Source: a virus (lineage: Duplodnaviria > Caudoviricetes). Taken from it: a stretch of DNA of 40,959 nt. This document shows, in pieces, positions 1 through 9,324 of this stretch. The translations under genes were made by a program, and so were the position numbers. The notes under the pieces were generated by a model. The model made no database searches. It saw nothing but the letters and a program-made list of their open reading frames with translations, and was not told the DNA's origin. How positions within the stretch are numbered: the first letter of the stretch is position 1; every line of letters starts with the position of its first letter. Where the stretch lies: positions 1 through 40,959 of IMG/VR virus record IMGVR_UViG_3300006193_000016; one strand, 5' to 3'.

Positions 1-1
1 C

Positions 2-583
2 AACAAGATCAATATTCATATAGGTGCCGCTTACAATGATAAGCCCACTACGATTACACGATGGATCAAGAATTATTATCGACTATCAGAATCGGTTCGA
101 GCTCGGCTTGTTATTGAGAACGACGACAAAGGATCTATGTATTCAGTTCGCGATTTATATGAGATGGTTCATACCCATACTGGTATTCCTATTACCTTTG
201 ACTATTGGCATCATACTTTTAATACCGGTGACTTATCCGAGGAGGAGGCATTCTTTATGGCGCGTTGGACTTGGCAGAAGCATGGTGTTACTCAATGCAC
301 TCATTACTCCGAGTCTCGCAGACGTGAGCAGCAACGACTTATAGAAAATATTTGCGACAAACATAATATTGCTTGGGAGGACTTGCCGGAATGGCCTACC
401 TTTGCTAAGGCATATAAAGAATTCAGCAAGATCAAAGAGCAAGCCCATGCAGATTATATATTGACTACTCCTAATACATATGGTGTAGATAGTCTAGATG
501 TTGTTGTCGAAGCCAAGGCAAAAGAAAAGGCATTGCAAAATATCAATGTAAAGTGTTGTCAAACGCCATTAATTCTAGATTAA
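2..583 (+). CDS. uvsE: UV DNA damage endonuclease (UvsE/UVDE), 5'-truncated
   Basis: The frame of ORF 137..583 is open back to the window edge: NKINIHIG...RLVIENDDK...PITFDYWHH...HYSESR...AHADY...VEAKAKE. These are UvsE TIM-barrel motifs. Confidence 0.92.
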   Translation, partial: NKINIHIGAAYNDKPTTITRWIKNYYRLSESVRARLVIENDDKGSMYSVRDLYEMVHTHTGIPITFDYWHHTFNTGDLSEEEAFFMARWTWQKHGVTQCTHYSESRRREQQRLIENICDKHNIAWEDLPEWPTFAKAYKEFSKIKEQAHADYILTTPNTYGVDSLDVVVEAKAKEKALQNINVKCCQTPLILD

Positions 584-584
584 C

Positions 585-598
585 ATATTTATATTAAA
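585..598 (+). promoter_or_regulatory. Putative late promoter, class B (ATATTTAT)
   Basis: ATATTTATATTAAA; the same core recurs in 14 intergenic gaps. Confidence 0.65.
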
Positions 599-626
599 TA
601 GTAATTAAATTAAAAAAAAGGTCACA

Positions 627-806
627 ATGGCACAATATCGTTACAAAGCAAAACTAACCGATGACATCGAAGATGCAAAGGATATAGTACGAACTACGGG
701 TAAAATGTTGATGGAAGGTAAAATTGATAAACAATCAGCAATAGACAATTTAGCTCGAGCTTTCCGAAAACTAGAATCGGCAAAATATTATATTGACCGA
801 GAATAA
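627..806 (+). CDS. Small helical hypothetical protein (59 aa), not in the ORF track
   Basis: ATG627 to TAA806, MAQYRYKAKLTDDIEDAKDIVRTTGKMLMEGKIDKQSAIDNLARAFRKLESAKYYIDRE. It fills the gap, abuts the next GTG and has AAGG upstream. Confidence 0.8.
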   Translation: MAQYRYKAKLTDDIEDAKDIVRTTGKMLMEGKIDKQSAIDNLARAFRKLESAKYYIDRE

Positions 807-1760
807 GTGAATCGACTTTTTCCATACATCGTATTATCGGCATCTTTAAGTTTAGCTGGAATTGCTGCATATTACAGTGTGTTTGGATTAAGCAAATTAT
901 TCTCAGCTCAAGCTACCGCGGTTATCGTAATGGCTTCTGTATTAGAAGTTAGTAAACTAATAACCGCTTCTTATCTACATCGACAATGGAAAGCCATATC
1001 TGTGCTTCTAAAGGGCTATTTACTTACAGCTGTATTCATATTGATGTGTATTACTTCATTAGGTATATATGGATTCTTAGTTTCAGCATATCAAGAAACG
1101 GCATATGAACTTGCAAACCAAGAATCAAAAATTTCTGTTTTAGAATTAAAGAAACAAAGATACCAAACTGCTGGCATTGATATTAGAACTGAAAAAGAAT
1201 CATTAAATAAAAATATTACAGAATTGACATCTGGATTATCTAACAACGTTATACAATATACTAATGCCGATGGTGAAGTTATAACGACAACTAGTTCGGC
1301 AACTAGACGAGTATTAGAAAAACAGTTAGACCAAACAATATCTAGAAGAGACACCTTATACAGCCGAGAAATTGCATATTCTGACTCGGTAAGTAATCTA
1401 GATCAACGGATGCTCAAAATACAAACTCAGAGCAAAGTTTCGGCCGAAGTAGGCCCTATTAAATATGTAGCACAACAAGTAAACCAGTCAGTTGATAGTG
1501 TTGTGAATTGGTTTATACTGCTTTTTATATTTGTATTCGACCCATTGGCAGTCATGTTATTGATTGCTGCAAATCGATTATTTGAAACTAAAGACCCCCT
1601 GACTGAGGTGATACCAGAAGTTGATGAGGAGGAGAGTAAAGCCAAGCGGGTTAAAGCCCCAACTCCTCCAACTTCACCACTACCAGATACATCAGAAGAC
1701 ATATATCAAGAAGAAAAACAAAAACCAAAACGAGTTATATTAAAATCAGAAATCTTATGA
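807..1760 (+). CDS. Membrane protein with about 3 N-terminal TM helices, a coiled coil and a C-terminal TM helix
   Basis: Hydrophobic segments near aa 5-95 and 235-255 flank a heptad-rich region; Pro-rich tail. Confidence 0.8.
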   Translation: MNRLFPYIVLSASLSLAGIAAYYSVFGLSKLFSAQATAVIVMASVLEVSKLITASYLHRQWKAISVLLKGYLLTAVFILMCITSLGIYGFLVSAYQETAYELANQESKISVLELKKQRYQTAGIDIRTEKESLNKNITELTSGLSNNVIQYTNADGEVITTTSSATRRVLEKQLDQTISRRDTLYSREIAYSDSVSNLDQRMLKIQTQSKVSAEVGPIKYVAQQVNQSVDSVVNWFILLFIFVFDPLAVMLLIAANRLFETKDPLTEVIPEVDEEESKAKRVKAPTPPTSPLPDTSEDIYQEEKQKPKRVILKSEIL

Positions 1761-1921
1761 GAAAAACAAAAGTTACAAAATCTAGATCCGGGTATAAAAA
1801 AATGCAATGTAAATACTGCGATCGCATTTCGGAAAGAGTGGATAATAATGCTACAGGAATTACATGTTGGAAATGCACTCAAGACTCAGTGAATGGCAAA
1901 GTATTGGAATTACGAAAATAA
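1757..1921 (+). CDS. Small basic zinc-ribbon protein (54 aa), not in the ORF track
   Basis: ATGA overlap with the upstream stop; MRKTKVTKSRSGYKKMQCKYCDRISERVDNNATGITCWKCTQDSVNGKVLELRK has two CxxC pairs. Confidence 0.75.
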   Translation: MRKTKVTKSRSGYKKMQCKYCDRISERVDNNATGITCWKCTQDSVNGKVLELRK

Positions 1922-1932
1922 TTTAATATAAT
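1904..1932 (+). promoter_or_regulatory. Putative early/middle promoter, class A (TTGGAA-17-TATAAT)
   Basis: -35 at 1904-1909, 17-nt spacer, TATAAT at 1927-1932, ATG 6 nt later. Confidence 0.65.
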
Positions 1933-1938
1933 AATATT

Positions 1939-2709
1939 ATGTTAGAAGCAAAAGAAATAAAAGAAAATTGGGATTCATTTCGAGCAGAGATTGATTTACA
2001 ATTCCCAACCAGAGCCAAACAAATTCATAAAATGTATGATGACTTTGAAGATCGTATTGCAATGATGCCAGCATCTTCAATGGCACACTTTCACAACGCA
2101 TTTGCAGGAGGTTATATAGACCACGTAATTCGTGTAATGGGTTGCACTCATGAATTATATAATTTATGGACTAAATTGGGTGCCGATATGTCGGGATACA
2201 CATTAGAAGAATTAATGTTCGCAGCAATGCATCATGATTTAGGTAAAGTAGGATTTCCAGGAGATGGCAAGGAAGTTTATCAAGTAGAAACATCGGATTG
2301 GCATAGAAAGAATATGGGAAGGCTATATAAGCACAATGAAAATATTCCTTTTACTATGGTGCCAGATTTATCTATTTGGTTATTACAAAAATATGAAATA
2401 TCAATGTCTTGGAATGAATACCAAGCTATTAAAATTCATGATGGAATGTATGATGATTCAAATAAACCATATTTTGTAGCTCGATCAGAAAAAGCTAAAT
2501 TAAAAACTAATATGGCTATTGTTTTACATCATGGTGATCATATGGCTGCGCAAATAGAATATGAGCGTTGGAGAAACCATAAGGCAGGATCACCTAATCC
2601 AGTTTCAGAAAAAAGCAAAGCAACTAAAAGTACCGCTATGAAAAACTTAGCAGAAAATAATCCAAATATAGGTAATTCTATTGCGGATATCTTTAAGGAT
2701 ATGTCATGA
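1939..2709 (+). CDS. HD-domain phosphohydrolase (YhaM-like HD)
   Basis: PASSMAHFHNAFAGGYIDH...MHHDLGK...IHDG...LHHGD metal-binding pattern. Confidence 0.85.
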   Translation: MLEAKEIKENWDSFRAEIDLQFPTRAKQIHKMYDDFEDRIAMMPASSMAHFHNAFAGGYIDHVIRVMGCTHELYNLWTKLGADMSGYTLEELMFAAMHHDLGKVGFPGDGKEVYQVETSDWHRKNMGRLYKHNENIPFTMVPDLSIWLLQKYEISMSWNEYQAIKIHDGMYDDSNKPYFVARSEKAKLKTNMAIVLHHGDHMAAQIEYERWRNHKAGSPNPVSEKSKATKSTAMKNLAENNPNIGNSIADIFKDMS

Positions 2710-3002
2710 TAGTATTAATTATATTAAGCGTATTGTTTTTAGGAACAACTGTTTATTTCATATCTCGAGCATATGTATTAGCTGGAGTCTTAGCAGATCA
2801 AGAAGAATACTATGAATCGGTTGCTAATACAAATGAATACATGTATCATAAAATTAAGCAATCATATGACGCAATGCAGAATATTGATCGTTTAGAAGCA
2901 TTTGAAAAAGACGATGAGGCAGGAACTACATTTGCAATGTTAAAACAAGTTATAGACGAATTAAAAGAGGAATTTGATGCCGAGGAAAAAGAAGAAAAGT
3001 AA
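2706..3002 (+). CDS. Membrane-anchored hypothetical protein
   Basis: N-terminal hydrophobic helix; ATGA coupling to the HD gene. Confidence 0.75.
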   Translation: MIVLIILSVLFLGTTVYFISRAYVLAGVLADQEEYYESVANTNEYMYHKIKQSYDAMQNIDRLEAFEKDDEAGTTFAMLKQVIDELKEEFDAEEKEEK

Positions 3003-3681
3003 TAACTATTATACTAGAATACAAGACGTAGCTATTTGTGCATATAATAAATCAGATAGTCCGGTACAACGAGAACGAATATATAGACGATTTATATATC
3101 CACCGTTTATGAAACTTGCAGAAAATTTAATTAATTCATTTAAACCTACATACATTTTAGGTAAATGTTCATTTCAAGATTTACAAACAGATTTGGTTAC
3201 ATATCTAACTGCTCGTCTAGACAAATTTAAACCCGAAAGTGGAAAGTCATATTCGTATTATACTCGAACGTCATTTAATTATTTAATAGCAGAAAATCAA
3301 AAAGCATATGTTAAAGTAAAACAAAATCGAGAGCCAATTGATATTGATGAACAGCGAAATATCCCAACGGAAATGCACAATAACGATATGAGAGAAACTC
3401 TAAAATATTTTATGGATGAATATATTGAGTATTGTTATGACAATTTAAATTCAATTTTTACGAATCCCACCGATATACACGTTGCCGATTCAATTTTACA
3501 TATATTTGAAACTCGTATCAATATTGAAAACTTTAACAAAAAAGCATTATACATATATATTCGAGAACGTACCGGTCTACCTACTACAAATATTACCAAG
3601 GCAATTAAAGTTTTAAAAAACATATACGAAACTAAATTTTCCGAGTATGCCAATTCAGACTTCATGAAATTACCTTTTTAA
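2977..3681 (+). CDS. Phage RNA polymerase sigma factor (gp55-like / sigma70 region 2)
   Basis: DLQTDLVTYLTARLDKFKPESGKSYSYYTRTSFNYLI resembles sigma region 2.2-2.4; HTH-like C-terminal YIRERTGLPTTNITKAIK. ATG2977 preferred over TTG2974. Confidence 0.75.
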   Translation: MPRKKKKSNNYYTRIQDVAICAYNKSDSPVQRERIYRRFIYPPFMKLAENLINSFKPTYILGKCSFQDLQTDLVTYLTARLDKFKPESGKSYSYYTRTSFNYLIAENQKAYVKVKQNREPIDIDEQRNIPTEMHNNDMRETLKYFMDEYIEYCYDNLNSIFTNPTDIHVADSILHIFETRINIENFNKKALYIYIRERTGLPTTNITKAIKVLKNIYETKFSEYANSDFMKLPF

Positions 3682-3699
3682 TATTTATTATTAAAGGAG
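3681..3699 (+). promoter_or_regulatory. Class B promoter plus SD-like AAGGAG
   Basis: ATATTTATTATTAAAGGAG directly after the sigma stop codon. Confidence 0.6.
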
Positions 3700-3705
3700 T
3701 CATGT

Positions 3706-4143
3706 ATGGATAAGAATGAAGAGATATTCAAAGGAACTAGTTTTGCAGATCTTATGCATGATGTTTATCATAATTCAAAAAAGAAAGACCGACAAATAAA
3801 TCAACTTATATCTCAACTTCAACCGTTGATTCGTAATGCATCTGACGCTACGATTATAGTTCCACTTATTAAAGAGTATCTAGATGTTGCAGTAAGAAAT
3901 GATGATCATCTAGTTAAATTAACTGCTATAGTCCAACGTTATATATCTACAAGTCAAACTATTTCTGGGGCCGATTCTTTATTATCTGATGATGAAAAAC
4001 AACAACTTATTGCGATTGCTCAAACTACATTAACGCATGAGCTTGAAGATGAGATTGAAAAAATTGACGAGGAAGACAAAGAAATCAAACAAAAAATTCT
4101 TGCTGCTAAATCTAAGTTAAAGGATACAAATGCCAAGTCATAA
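3706..4143 (+). CDS. Helical hypothetical protein, first gene of the baseplate block
   Basis: 145-aa ORF with a promoter motif and SD upstream. Confidence 0.8.
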   Translation: MDKNEEIFKGTSFADLMHDVYHNSKKKDRQINQLISQLQPLIRNASDATIIVPLIKEYLDVAVRNDDHLVKLTAIVQRYISTSQTISGADSLLSDDEKQQLIAIAQTTLTHELEDEIEKIDEEDKEIKQKILAAKSKLKDTNAKS

Positions 4144-5191
4144 TAATGTAGAATTTGATGTAGCAGAAGTTCTAGGATATGATTATACATATGATTGGGT
4201 ACCATATTCAGAATCATCTAATGAATTTAATAATAATAATTTATTTGCAATAAAAGTACGATCATGTAGTGGTTATATCGATAGTAAAACATATATAGCT
4301 CGGCCTGCGAATAATAATATTAAAAAGATTCCATTAATAGGAGAAATTGTTTTATTATTTAAATCATATAACCAATATTCTACAAATAAAAAAACTAGAG
4401 AAATCTGGTATTATTTAGATATTATTAATATACAATCAGCAATTAATGAAAATCGGTTACCAGGATTATCTCTTTCTAGAAGATATAAAACAACCGGGGT
4501 GCAACGAAACCCGGCCGGATTAACTTTTGATGAAACTAAAAAAATATCGCCATTGCAGCCGTATGAGGGTGATATGTTATTAGAAGGAAGATTTGGAAAT
4601 AGTATACGATTTGGTAGCACTATATCAACAGTCCCGGAAGATTATTATCACAAATCGCCAACATGGTTAGGAGATAAATCCGGAGATCCTATTACAATAT
4701 TATCAAATGGAAGAACTAACTTAGACAATAAAGAATTAGTTGTCGAAGATATAAATATAGATAATAGTTCAATATATTTAACTAGCACTCAAAAAATACC
4801 TATAGTATTAGGAAGTGATAATAAACCTAATTCATTAACTGGATGTATTACGTTAGGGGGTAATGAATCTCAATATATTGGGTCTCAATTATTAGGGGTA
4901 TCGGATAGGGTTATATTAAAAGCCCGTAAAGACCTAGTAGTTATTGATTCTCCATTGGGTATTGTTTTAAATTCTACGGGAGAAATTAAATTAGGAAGTG
5001 AAGATGCAACTGAATCTATGGTACATGGAGATGTTTTACTAGATATATTATCACTTATAATCAATCAATTTAACACCGTAATTGACCCTAACACTTATGA
5101 CTACATAAATAAATCAAACGCTATTAAAGCACAACAAAAATTAAAGGAACTTTTAAGTTCTAAATACTTTATAAATAAAAATACATATTAA
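4130..5191 (+). CDS. Baseplate hub/central spike protein (gp5/gpV-like)
   Basis: OB-fold-like KIPLIGEIVLL, EGRFGNSIRFGST, beta-rich C-terminal region and LGSEDATESMVHGD; lies upstream of gp25/gp6. Confidence 0.65.
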   Translation: MPSHNNVEFDVAEVLGYDYTYDWVPYSESSNEFNNNNLFAIKVRSCSGYIDSKTYIARPANNNIKKIPLIGEIVLLFKSYNQYSTNKKTREIWYYLDIINIQSAINENRLPGLSLSRRYKTTGVQRNPAGLTFDETKKISPLQPYEGDMLLEGRFGNSIRFGSTISTVPEDYYHKSPTWLGDKSGDPITILSNGRTNLDNKELVVEDINIDNSSIYLTSTQKIPIVLGSDNKPNSLTGCITLGGNESQYIGSQLLGVSDRVILKARKDLVVIDSPLGIVLNSTGEIKLGSEDATESMVHGDVLLDILSLIINQFNTVIDPNTYDYINKSNAIKAQQKLKELLSSKYFINKNTY

Positions 5192-5192
5192 T

Positions 5193-6023
5193 ATGGCAAT
5201 ACCACCACCATTAGATAAAATAACAACATTACCAGCTCTAGGAGTTGATAAAATACAACAACAATTTAATAAATTAATTGATGAGATTCTAGATAAAACT
5301 AAAACGGTTATTACTGATTCTATAAAACTTCCAGCTGGAACTAAATGCAATGATCCTAGTATTCAAAAAATGAAAGCTGATTTAAATGATGTAAAAGATG
5401 GAATTCAAAAAATACAAGAATCAATTCCAAAAATCCAACCAGTTATAACAGGAGTTAAAACAATAATAACTACGGCACAATCAATTCGAGCTGCAATTAC
5501 TATTGCTCAACTTTCTAATCCATTAACTGCTGCCGGGTTTATCGCAGCAACTGCTAATGCATTACAAGAGGAATTAATTGTAAATGCAATTGCCGCAATT
5601 GAACCATTAACTGCAGTTCCGACACAGACACTATCTAAATTAGAAACACTCATTCCACCACTAACCACAGCAATTGCGAAACTAGCTGACGCTGGTTGTG
5701 TTGATGGTGAATTAACTATACCAACATTAAATGATTCTGACTCTAATAACTTCCCAGATGGATTTGATTACAACGATTTATTGCCATCTGAATTTTATGA
5801 GGAAGTAAATGTATCTGAATCTGATATAGATCAACGTAGTGATGTAATACAACAATTGGTAGAACAACAGCAAAACTTATTAGCATCAATATTAGAAGCT
5901 CCTAGCCAAGTCTATAGACAACAAGGGTCACCGCCGGCAGAATTAGGTAAAATTGGAGATTATTATGTAGATACTGAAAATAATATAGCATATGGTCCAA
6001 AACAATCTAATACCAATTGGTAA
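5193..6023 (+). CDS. Hypothetical virion-associated protein
   Basis: Ala/Ile-rich helices; C-terminal GSPPAELGKIGDYYVDTENNIAYGPK motif of the type seen in fibre/collagen-like phage proteins. Confidence 0.7.
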   Translation: MAIPPPLDKITTLPALGVDKIQQQFNKLIDEILDKTKTVITDSIKLPAGTKCNDPSIQKMKADLNDVKDGIQKIQESIPKIQPVITGVKTIITTAQSIRAAITIAQLSNPLTAAGFIAATANALQEELIVNAIAAIEPLTAVPTQTLSKLETLIPPLTTAIAKLADAGCVDGELTIPTLNDSDSNNFPDGFDYNDLLPSEFYEEVNVSESDIDQRSDVIQQLVEQQQNLLASILEAPSQVYRQQGSPPAELGKIGDYYVDTENNIAYGPKQSNTNW

Positions 6024-6046
6024 ACCCTACTTAATTAACATTATAC

Positions 6047-6060
6047 ATATTTATATAAAA
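6047..6060 (+). promoter_or_regulatory. Class B promoter
   Basis: ATATTTATATAAAA. Confidence 0.65.
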
Positions 6061-6070
6061 AAGAATACAT

Positions 6071-6532
6071 ATGAACTCTAAAACACTTGTACATGCACTT
6101 AAAGTAGCCGTGCGTGAAGTTATTAAAGAAGAATTAACAGACATTCTTCGAGAAGGATTACAATCCACCGTTACAGAATTACAAACAGAAACAAAACAAC
6201 CATTTAATAATGGAGGTGTAACAAAATCAAAAAAGCGTAAATCAACTATGTATACTACAAACAAGTATGCCGATGTTTTAAATGATACGGATGGATTGCG
6301 CGAACAAGGAACTCCATCATATTCCGAACTAATGCAAGAAGGAATGCCTGATTTGGCATTGACATCTAATGACGCTCAAGGATTTGGAATGATGCGTAAT
6401 AATACAGCAGCTCAAATAATGGAAGATCCGGAAACTGGTAAAAATATGAGTGTTGATCCACTTATTGCCGATGTGATGAATCGTGATTATCGAGGCCTAA
6501 TGAAAGCAATTGATAAAAAGAAAGGTAAATAA
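6071..6532 (+). CDS. Hypothetical protein
   Basis: 153-aa ORF, TAATG-coupled to the gp25-like gene. Confidence 0.8.
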   Translation: MNSKTLVHALKVAVREVIKEELTDILREGLQSTVTELQTETKQPFNNGGVTKSKKRKSTMYTTNKYADVLNDTDGLREQGTPSYSELMQEGMPDLALTSNDAQGFGMMRNNTAAQIMEDPETGKNMSVDPLIADVMNRDYRGLMKAIDKKKGK

Positions 6533-6957
6533 TGGGATACCAAATTGTATCGTCTCCTAATATTAATGTACTTACTGGTACTGCTTTAGGTATCGGATAC
6601 AATTCGTTTGATTCAATTTATATAACAATAGATCAAGCTCTAGAAAATTTTAAAAATTTATTATTTACTAGAAAAGGCGAACGATTACTACACGTAACAT
6701 TTGGTTGTGACTTATTAGATGTATTATTTGAACCAAATGTATCCGAATTAAAAGAAGATATTGAAACTATTATTACAGATGCAGTATCATATTGGTTGCC
6801 ATATATTAATATTGATACTCTTAATATTGTAACCGCGGAAGACGATCCAACATTACCACATCATGTAAAACTGACACTTACAATATCAATCAATGATTTT
6901 GAAACAAAAACAATAACATTTAATGTTACTGAAACCGGACAATTGGAAATAGAATAA
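6532..6957 (+). CDS. Baseplate wedge subunit, gp25-like
   Basis: NLLFTRKGERLLHVTFGCDLLDVLFEP...WLPYINI is the gp25/GPW signature. Confidence 0.9.
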   Translation: MGYQIVSSPNINVLTGTALGIGYNSFDSIYITIDQALENFKNLLFTRKGERLLHVTFGCDLLDVLFEPNVSELKEDIETIITDAVSYWLPYINIDTLNIVTAEDDPTLPHHVKLTLTISINDFETKTITFNVTETGQLEIE

Positions 6958-8837
6958 TGAAACAAGTTAAAGATATATCGTATTTAGGAAAAGACTTTCA
7001 ACAAATTAGAAAAAATCTAATAGATTTTAGTAAACAATATTTTCCTGATTCATATACTGATTTTAATGAATCATCTCCCGGTATGTTATTTATAGAAATG
7101 GCAGCATATGTTGGGGATGTTTTATCGTATTATGCGGATAATAATTTAAAAGAATCATTATTAGAACAGGCTTCCGAAAGTGGTAATATTTTTGATTTAG
7201 CAAAAACATTAGGATATACAGCTAAAAATTCAGTTCCAGCATACGTAGATTTAGACGTATACCAATTGGTACCATCTATAGGTACTGGCGATGATATACG
7301 TCCCGATTATGATTATGCATTATCTATTAAATCGGGTATGCGTGTGAAGCAAGAAACTGGAAACTCGATTTTTAGAACATTAACTGATATTAATTTTAAT
7401 TTTTCTTCTTCTATAGATACAACCGAAGTTACCATATATGAAACGGATGTGTCTACTAATTTACCTACATATTATTTATTAAAGAAAAAAATTAAATCAG
7501 TATCTGGGGATGTAAAAACAAAAAAATTTACATTTAATCAACCAATTGCATATGATAAAATAGCACTTACTGATTCGAATATAATTAATATTATATCAGT
7601 AACTGAATCTGATGGAGACGCGTGGTATGAGGTACCATATTTAGCCCAAGATACAATTTTTGAAACTGTACCAAATCTATTAGAAAATGATCCAGAATTT
7701 GTACAATATCGGTCTAGTTCGCCTAGTTTATTAAAATTAAGAAAAACATCAAAACGATTTATTACTAGATTCAGATCGGATCGTAAATTAGAATTACAAT
7801 TTGGCTCAGGAACTTCCGATAATAATGACGAAGAAATTGTACCAAATCCAGATAATGTAGGAAATGGGTTAGCCGGGTTTAGACGTAGCATCGATGTAGA
7901 TATAGACCCATCAAATTTTTTATATACTAGAACGTATGGCCAAGCTCCGTCTAATACTACATTAACAGTAACGTATACGATTGGTAATGGTATACAGGAT
8001 AATGTTACATCTAATGTTCTCACTAAAATAGATTTTATAGAATATAATGACAATGTAAATTCTATTAATAGTGCCGGGGTTGTTAATTTTGTCAAAAATT
8101 CGGTTAGTGTTACTAATATTAATCCAGCAGCTGGTGCTAAATCTTTTGACTCGCTACAAGACATAAAAAATAATGCATTAGCTAATTTTGCAACTCAAAA
8201 TCGTTTGGTAACGAGGGAAGACTATATAATTAGAACATATTCTATGCCAGCAAAATTTGGTAGTATTGCAAAAGCATATATTGTACCAGATGATCAAATA
8301 TCTCAACAGGATTTAATTGAAACAAGAGTAGCTAATCCATTAGCAATGAATATGTATGTTTTAGGATTCAATTCATCGAAACAATTGGTTGCATTAAATG
8401 ATGCAATTAAAACCAATCTAAAAACATATTTAGGATATTATCGAATGATGACTGATGCTATTAATATTAAAGATGCATTTATAATTAATATGGCATTACG
8501 ATTCGAAATTTCAGTATTATCAAATTATAATAGTAATGAAGTATTATTACAATGTATTAGTTCAATTAAAAATTATTTTAATATCGACAGTTGGCAAATA
8601 AATCAACCGATAGTTAAATCAGCCGTACAAAATTTAATCGGAAATATACCAGGCGTATTGTCAGTAGTTAATGTTAATTTCGAAAATAAATATGACTCGG
8701 CACAAGGATATTCAGGAAATACATATGATTTAGCGTCTGCAACTAGAAATGGAGTAATTTATCCTTCATTGGATCCTAGTATATTCGAAGTAAAATTTCC
8801 TAATCAAGACATCCGCGGTAGAGTAGTAAGTTCTTAA
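6957..8837 (+). CDS. Baseplate wedge protein, gp6-like
   Basis: KDFQQIRKNL...YTDFNESSPGMLFIEMAAYVGDVLSYY...LAKTLGY, and FATQNRLVTREDY. Confidence 0.9.
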   Translation: MKQVKDISYLGKDFQQIRKNLIDFSKQYFPDSYTDFNESSPGMLFIEMAAYVGDVLSYYADNNLKESLLEQASESGNIFDLAKTLGYTAKNSVPAYVDLDVYQLVPSIGTGDDIRPDYDYALSIKSGMRVKQETGNSIFRTLTDINFNFSSSIDTTEVTIYETDVSTNLPTYYLLKKKIKSVSGDVKTKKFTFNQPIAYDKIALTDSNIINIISVTESDGDAWYEVPYLAQDTIFETVPNLLENDPEFVQYRSSSPSLLKLRKTSKRFITRFRSDRKLELQFGSGTSDNNDEEIVPNPDNVGNGLAGFRRSIDVDIDPSNFLYTRTYGQAPSNTTLTVTYTIGNGIQDNVTSNVLTKIDFIEYNDNVNSINSAGVVNFVKNSVSVTNINPAAGAKSFDSLQDIKNNALANFATQNRLVTREDYIIRTYSMPAKFGSIAKAYIVPDDQISQQDLIETRVANPLAMNMYVLGFNSSKQLVALNDAIKTNLKTYLGYYRMMTDAINIKDAFIINMALRFEISVLSNYNSNEVLLQCISSIKNYFNIDSWQINQPIVKSAVQNLIGNIPGVLSVVNVNFENKYDSAQGYSGNTYDLASATRNGVIYPSLDPSIFEVKFPNQDIRGRVVSS

Positions 8838-8844
8838 CCTATTC

Positions 8845-8858
8845 ATATTTATAATAAA
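8845..8858 (+). promoter_or_regulatory. Class B promoter
   Basis: ATATTTATAATAAA. Confidence 0.65.
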
Positions 8859-8869
8859 GGAACTATAAA

Positions 8870-9322
8870 ATGGGCGTAATACGAAATAATCGCACAAGTA
8901 TTGTTGCCGGTGGACTTATCTCAGCAAGTTACGTTTCAGATGTATATGATGTATTAACTGCTAATGCCGTTGAAGATATTGTGTTATCAGGATCATTAGG
9001 TGTTAGTGGAAGTTTAACTGCAAATTTAACTGGTACTGCTGATACTGCTAGTTATGTAATGAATGCACAAAGTGCATCATATGTAACCACAGCAGCCACT
9101 GCATCATATGTTGTTAATGCAATTTCATCTTCATATATGAGTGGATCTAGTATTACAGCTGAATCTGCGTCTATAAAATATGTATCTGTTACTTCTAATT
9201 TTATTTCACAAGGAACAGCATTTATTTATACCGCGTCATTACCTATTGCAAATCCAGGAACACAAGGACAACTTTGGAGAAGTGGTAGTTATTTGATGAT
9301 TAGCACCGGATCAGGAAGTTAA
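8870..9322 (+). CDS. Short fibre-like virion protein with 9-aa (T/S)ASYV repeats
   Basis: ADTASYVMN-AQSASYVTT-AATASYVVN-AISSSY repeats; position within the tail block. Confidence 0.7.
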   Translation: MGVIRNNRTSIVAGGLISASYVSDVYDVLTANAVEDIVLSGSLGVSGSLTANLTGTADTASYVMNAQSASYVTTAATASYVVNAISSSYMSGSSITAESASIKYVSVTSNFISQGTAFIYTASLPIANPGTQGQLWRSGSYLMISTGSGS

Positions 9323-9324
9323 TT

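Noticed and set aside
24-344. 106-aa + strand ORF
   Set aside because: Alternative frame over uvsE, whose frame holds all the conserved motifs.
7538-8164. Long minus-strand ORFs (also 30867..31364, 36016..36408, 36807..37229, 40143..40661)
   Set aside because: Antisense shadows of well-supported + strand genes, with no recognisable motifs.
9040-9135. 27-nt-period DNA repeats (GCATCATATGT)
   Set aside because: These encode ASYV peptide repeats; not a CRISPR array or iterons.
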